This document shows, piece by piece, positions 47,077 through 48,885 of a stretch of 48,885 bases of DNA (positions within the stretch are counted from its first letter, which is position 1; each line of letters opens with the position of its first letter). Location of the stretch: the NCBI GenBank assembly GCA_041637915.1, contig JBFKXW010000001.1, positions 1 through 48,885 of the forward strand, in the 5' to 3' direction. Position numbers and translations under genes: made by a program. The stretch comes from Pseudomonadales bacterium. Its GTDB lineage: Bacteria > Pseudomonadota > Gammaproteobacteria > Pseudomonadales > JBFGWM01. The notes under the pieces were generated by a model. It was not told where the DNA came from and did no database searches. It saw nothing but the letters and a program-made list of their open reading frames with translations.

Positions 47077-48035
47077 GCCGGCTCCCCTGATTCTTCCGGG
47101 AAGCCGTCCGCCAGCCAGTCACGCGGCCGCAAAAAGAAATCCGTCAGGCGGCGCTCATCGCTACCGGCAGCATCCTCACGACAGTATTCCCAGCGCACCC
47201 GGGGTGGCAGTGACATCAGAATGGATTCGGTCCGGCCGCCAGTCTGCAAGCCGAACAGGGTGCCGCGGTCATAGACCAGGTTGAACTCCACGTAGCGGCC
47301 GCGCCTGTATTCCTGAAAAGCTCGCTGGCCATCCGTACAAGCCATTCCCTTCCGGCGTCGTACGATCGGCAGATAGGCCTCCGGGTAACTCTCGGCAACG
47401 CCCTGCAGAAAAGCAAAACAACGGGCAAATCCGCCAGTGTTCAGATCATCAAAAAAGAGCCCGCCGATGCCACGCTGCTCGGACCGGTGCGCAAGCCGGA
47501 AGTACCGATCGCACCAGCGCTTGTAGTTCGGATAGACCTTTTCGCCATAGGGCGCGCAGGCAGCGGCCGCGGTGCGATGCCAATGCTGGCAGTCTTCTTC
47601 GAACCCGTAATAGGGGGTGAGATCGTAACCACCTCCGAACCACCACACCGGCGCACGCTCCGGATGCGTCGCCAGAAAAAATCGGAAATTGGCGTGGGAC
47701 GTCGGCACCAACGGGTTTCTCGGGTGAATCACGACGGACACCCCCATGGCCTGAAAGGCCCGTCCGGCCAGTTCGGGGCGCGCAGCCGTGGCAGAATCCG
47801 GCAGGCGCGAACCGTGCACATGCGAGAAATTGACACCGGCCTTCTCGAGCACGCTGCCCTGTTCGAGCACACGGGTAATGCCGCCGCCGCCTTCCGCCCG
47901 TGACCAGTCATCCTGCAGGAAGGTCTGGTCTGGCTCCTCCCCCTGCAGGGCCGAACAGAGTGACTGCTGGTACGCCAGCAGAAAGGTGCGGACTGCTTGC
48001 AGGTCCGGAGCAGATTGCGAATCCTTCTCTTTCAT
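47073..48035 (-). CDS. hemF: Oxygen-dependent coproporphyrinogen III oxidase.
   Basis: [26 protein letters not shown] and [13 protein letters not shown] motifs. Its stop overlaps the aroE start (ATGA). Confidence 0.95.
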   Translation of the reverse strand: MKEKDSQSAPDLQAVRTFLLAYQQSLCSALQGEEPDQTFLQDDWSRAEGGGGITRVLEQGSVLEKAGVNFSHVHGSRLPDSATAARPELAGRAFQAMGVSVVIHPRNPLVPTSHANFRFFLATHPERAPVWWFGGGYDLTPYYGFEEDCQHWHRTAAAACAPYGEKVYPNYKRWCDRYFRLAHRSEQRGIGGLFFDDLNTGGFARCFAFLQGVAESYPEAYLPIVRRRKGMACTDGQRAFQEYRRGRYVEFNLVYDRGTLFGLQTGGRTESILMSLPPRVRWEYCREDAAGSDERRLTDFFLRPRDWLADGFPEESGEPA

Positions 48036-48044
48036 GTCGTTCCC

Positions 48045-48629
48045 TCAGGCACGCAATACATGCCCGGTCTGCAGATCAATAATACGGCTCGGACCGGCCG
48101 CACCGCCCAGCGCACCGGGCCACACCGGCAGTCGCTTTCCCGGGAAGCGCCGCAGCGCAGCCAGGCGCGCTCCCCGCGCTGCAGGGGTCCCGGTCAGGTT
48201 GGCAGAAGTGGACACCAGCGCTCCGCCAAAAGACGCGCAAAGTTCGCGCACCGGTTCATGCGCGCTGACCCGGACCGCCAGACTGGGACGACCGCCGGAT
48301 AATAAGGATGACACCGGCCGACGACATCGCATCACCCAGGTGGTCGGGCCCGGCCAGGTCGTCTGCAGTGCTTTCTCCTGTTCCGGGCACCATCGTGCCA
48401 CCCAGGGTGCCAGATCGCTCGCGCGCGCCGCCACCAGGATCATGCCCTTGCGCGGTGGCCGGCGTTTCAGTCGAAGCAGCCTGCGCAGTGCAGCAGGGTT
48501 GGCCGGGTCACAACTCAAACCCCACACCCCCTCGGTCGGACACAGGACCACACCGCCGCGTCGCAGGGTGTTCAGCACGGCGCCACGACTGCGCAGTTGG
48601 CGGAGTGTCCCGGTCACGGCGCGTCCCAT
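48045..48629 (-). CDS. tsaC: L-threonylcarbamoyladenylate synthase TsaC (YrdC/Sua5 family).
   Basis: VVLCPTEGVWGLSCDP, TWPGPTTWV and LVSTSANLTG motifs. ATG 48629 gives an E. coli-like N-terminal length. ATG 48680 is an alternative. The track ORF is over-extended to 48878. Confidence 0.85.
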   Translation of the reverse strand: MGRAVTGTLRQLRSRGAVLNTLRRGGVVLCPTEGVWGLSCDPANPAALRRLLRLKRRPPRKGMILVAARASDLAPWVARWCPEQEKALQTTWPGPTTWVMRCRRPVSSLLSGGRPSLAVRVSAHEPVRELCASFGGALVSTSANLTGTPAARGARLAALRRFPGKRLPVWPGALGGAAGPSRIIDLQTGHVLRA

Positions 48630-48810
48630 GATGTCGGCATCGTGGCAAGCCACAACAGGAAGGCGTCCGTCGGTGACCATATCGCGTGCAGCGTCTCCGT
48701 CGGCGGGCCCGCCGCAGCGGGGCGCTTCATCAAAATGGCTACCGGTTCTGCTCGCATCAGGTCGGGTCTTTCCATGCGCGGGAGGCGCGCGAAAGTAGCG
48801 CTTCCCATAC

Positions 48811-48885
48811 TCAGGCGCAAGTACGCACATACCCGGCCGGTGTACGACGGACCTGGCCGCTGAGCTCCAGTTCTCCAAGTACGAC
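48811..48885 (-). CDS. dprA: 3' end (last 24 codons) of a DprA/Smf-like gene; the 5' part lies outside the window.
   Basis: Manual translation from the window edge gives VVLGELELSGQVRRTPAGYVRTCA*, which resembles the DprA C-terminal winged-helix tail. Its position upstream of tsaC fits the known gene order. Only a short fragment is visible. Confidence 0.5.
   Translation of the reverse strand, partial: VVLGELELSGQVRRTPAGYVRTCA

Overview
This is a high-GC chromosomal segment (visual impression, not computed) from a gammaproteobacterium. It is densely packed, and nearly every gene is a recognisable housekeeping gene. I saw no rRNA, tRNA, CRISPR array, IS element, integrase or phage genes, and no intergenic gap exceeds about 180 bp.

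Content in order:
- 1-12 kb: a run of lipid and acyl-CoA genes. These are an FAD oxidoreductase, a GHSMGG alpha/beta hydrolase, a crotonase, FadH, a BASS transporter, a fatty-acid-hydroxylase/thioesterase/MAPEG operon, a long FabG-like reductase, an FATP-type acyl-CoA synthetase and a patatin.
- 12-14.9 kb: a signal-peptide Nudix hydrolase lying divergent from a CHAD-domain gene that is translationally coupled to an orphan ParA-type ATPase.
- 14.9-25.3 kb: a complete Xcp-style type II secretion system, with gspCD divergent from gspEFGHIJKLM.
- 25.5-31.8 kb: dsbA, cytochrome c4, engB, polA, a DUF2782-like gene and thrB.
- 31.8-34.5 kb: a small orphan ORF plus the ergothioneine genes egtD and egtB.
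- 34.6-43.2 kb: the aa3 cytochrome c oxidase genes coxBA-ctaG-coxC with their assembly genes (HIG1-like, SURF1, a Sco-like protein, ctaA, cyoE, senC).
- 43.3-48.9 kb: yheV-prlC, a gamma-carbonic-anhydrase-like gene, aroE-hemF-tsaC and the 3' end of dprA.

I do not see an obvious novel multi-gene system such as a defence island. The most unusual unit is the CHAD/ParA pair with its neighbouring exported Nudix gene. The other findings are modest: operon architectures, operator-like repeats and a two-gene egtBD cluster.

Many long ORFs in the supplied track are antisense or N-terminally over-extended artefacts of high GC content. I trimmed start codons by hand using RBS position, overlap and homology logic, so starts are less certain than gene identities.
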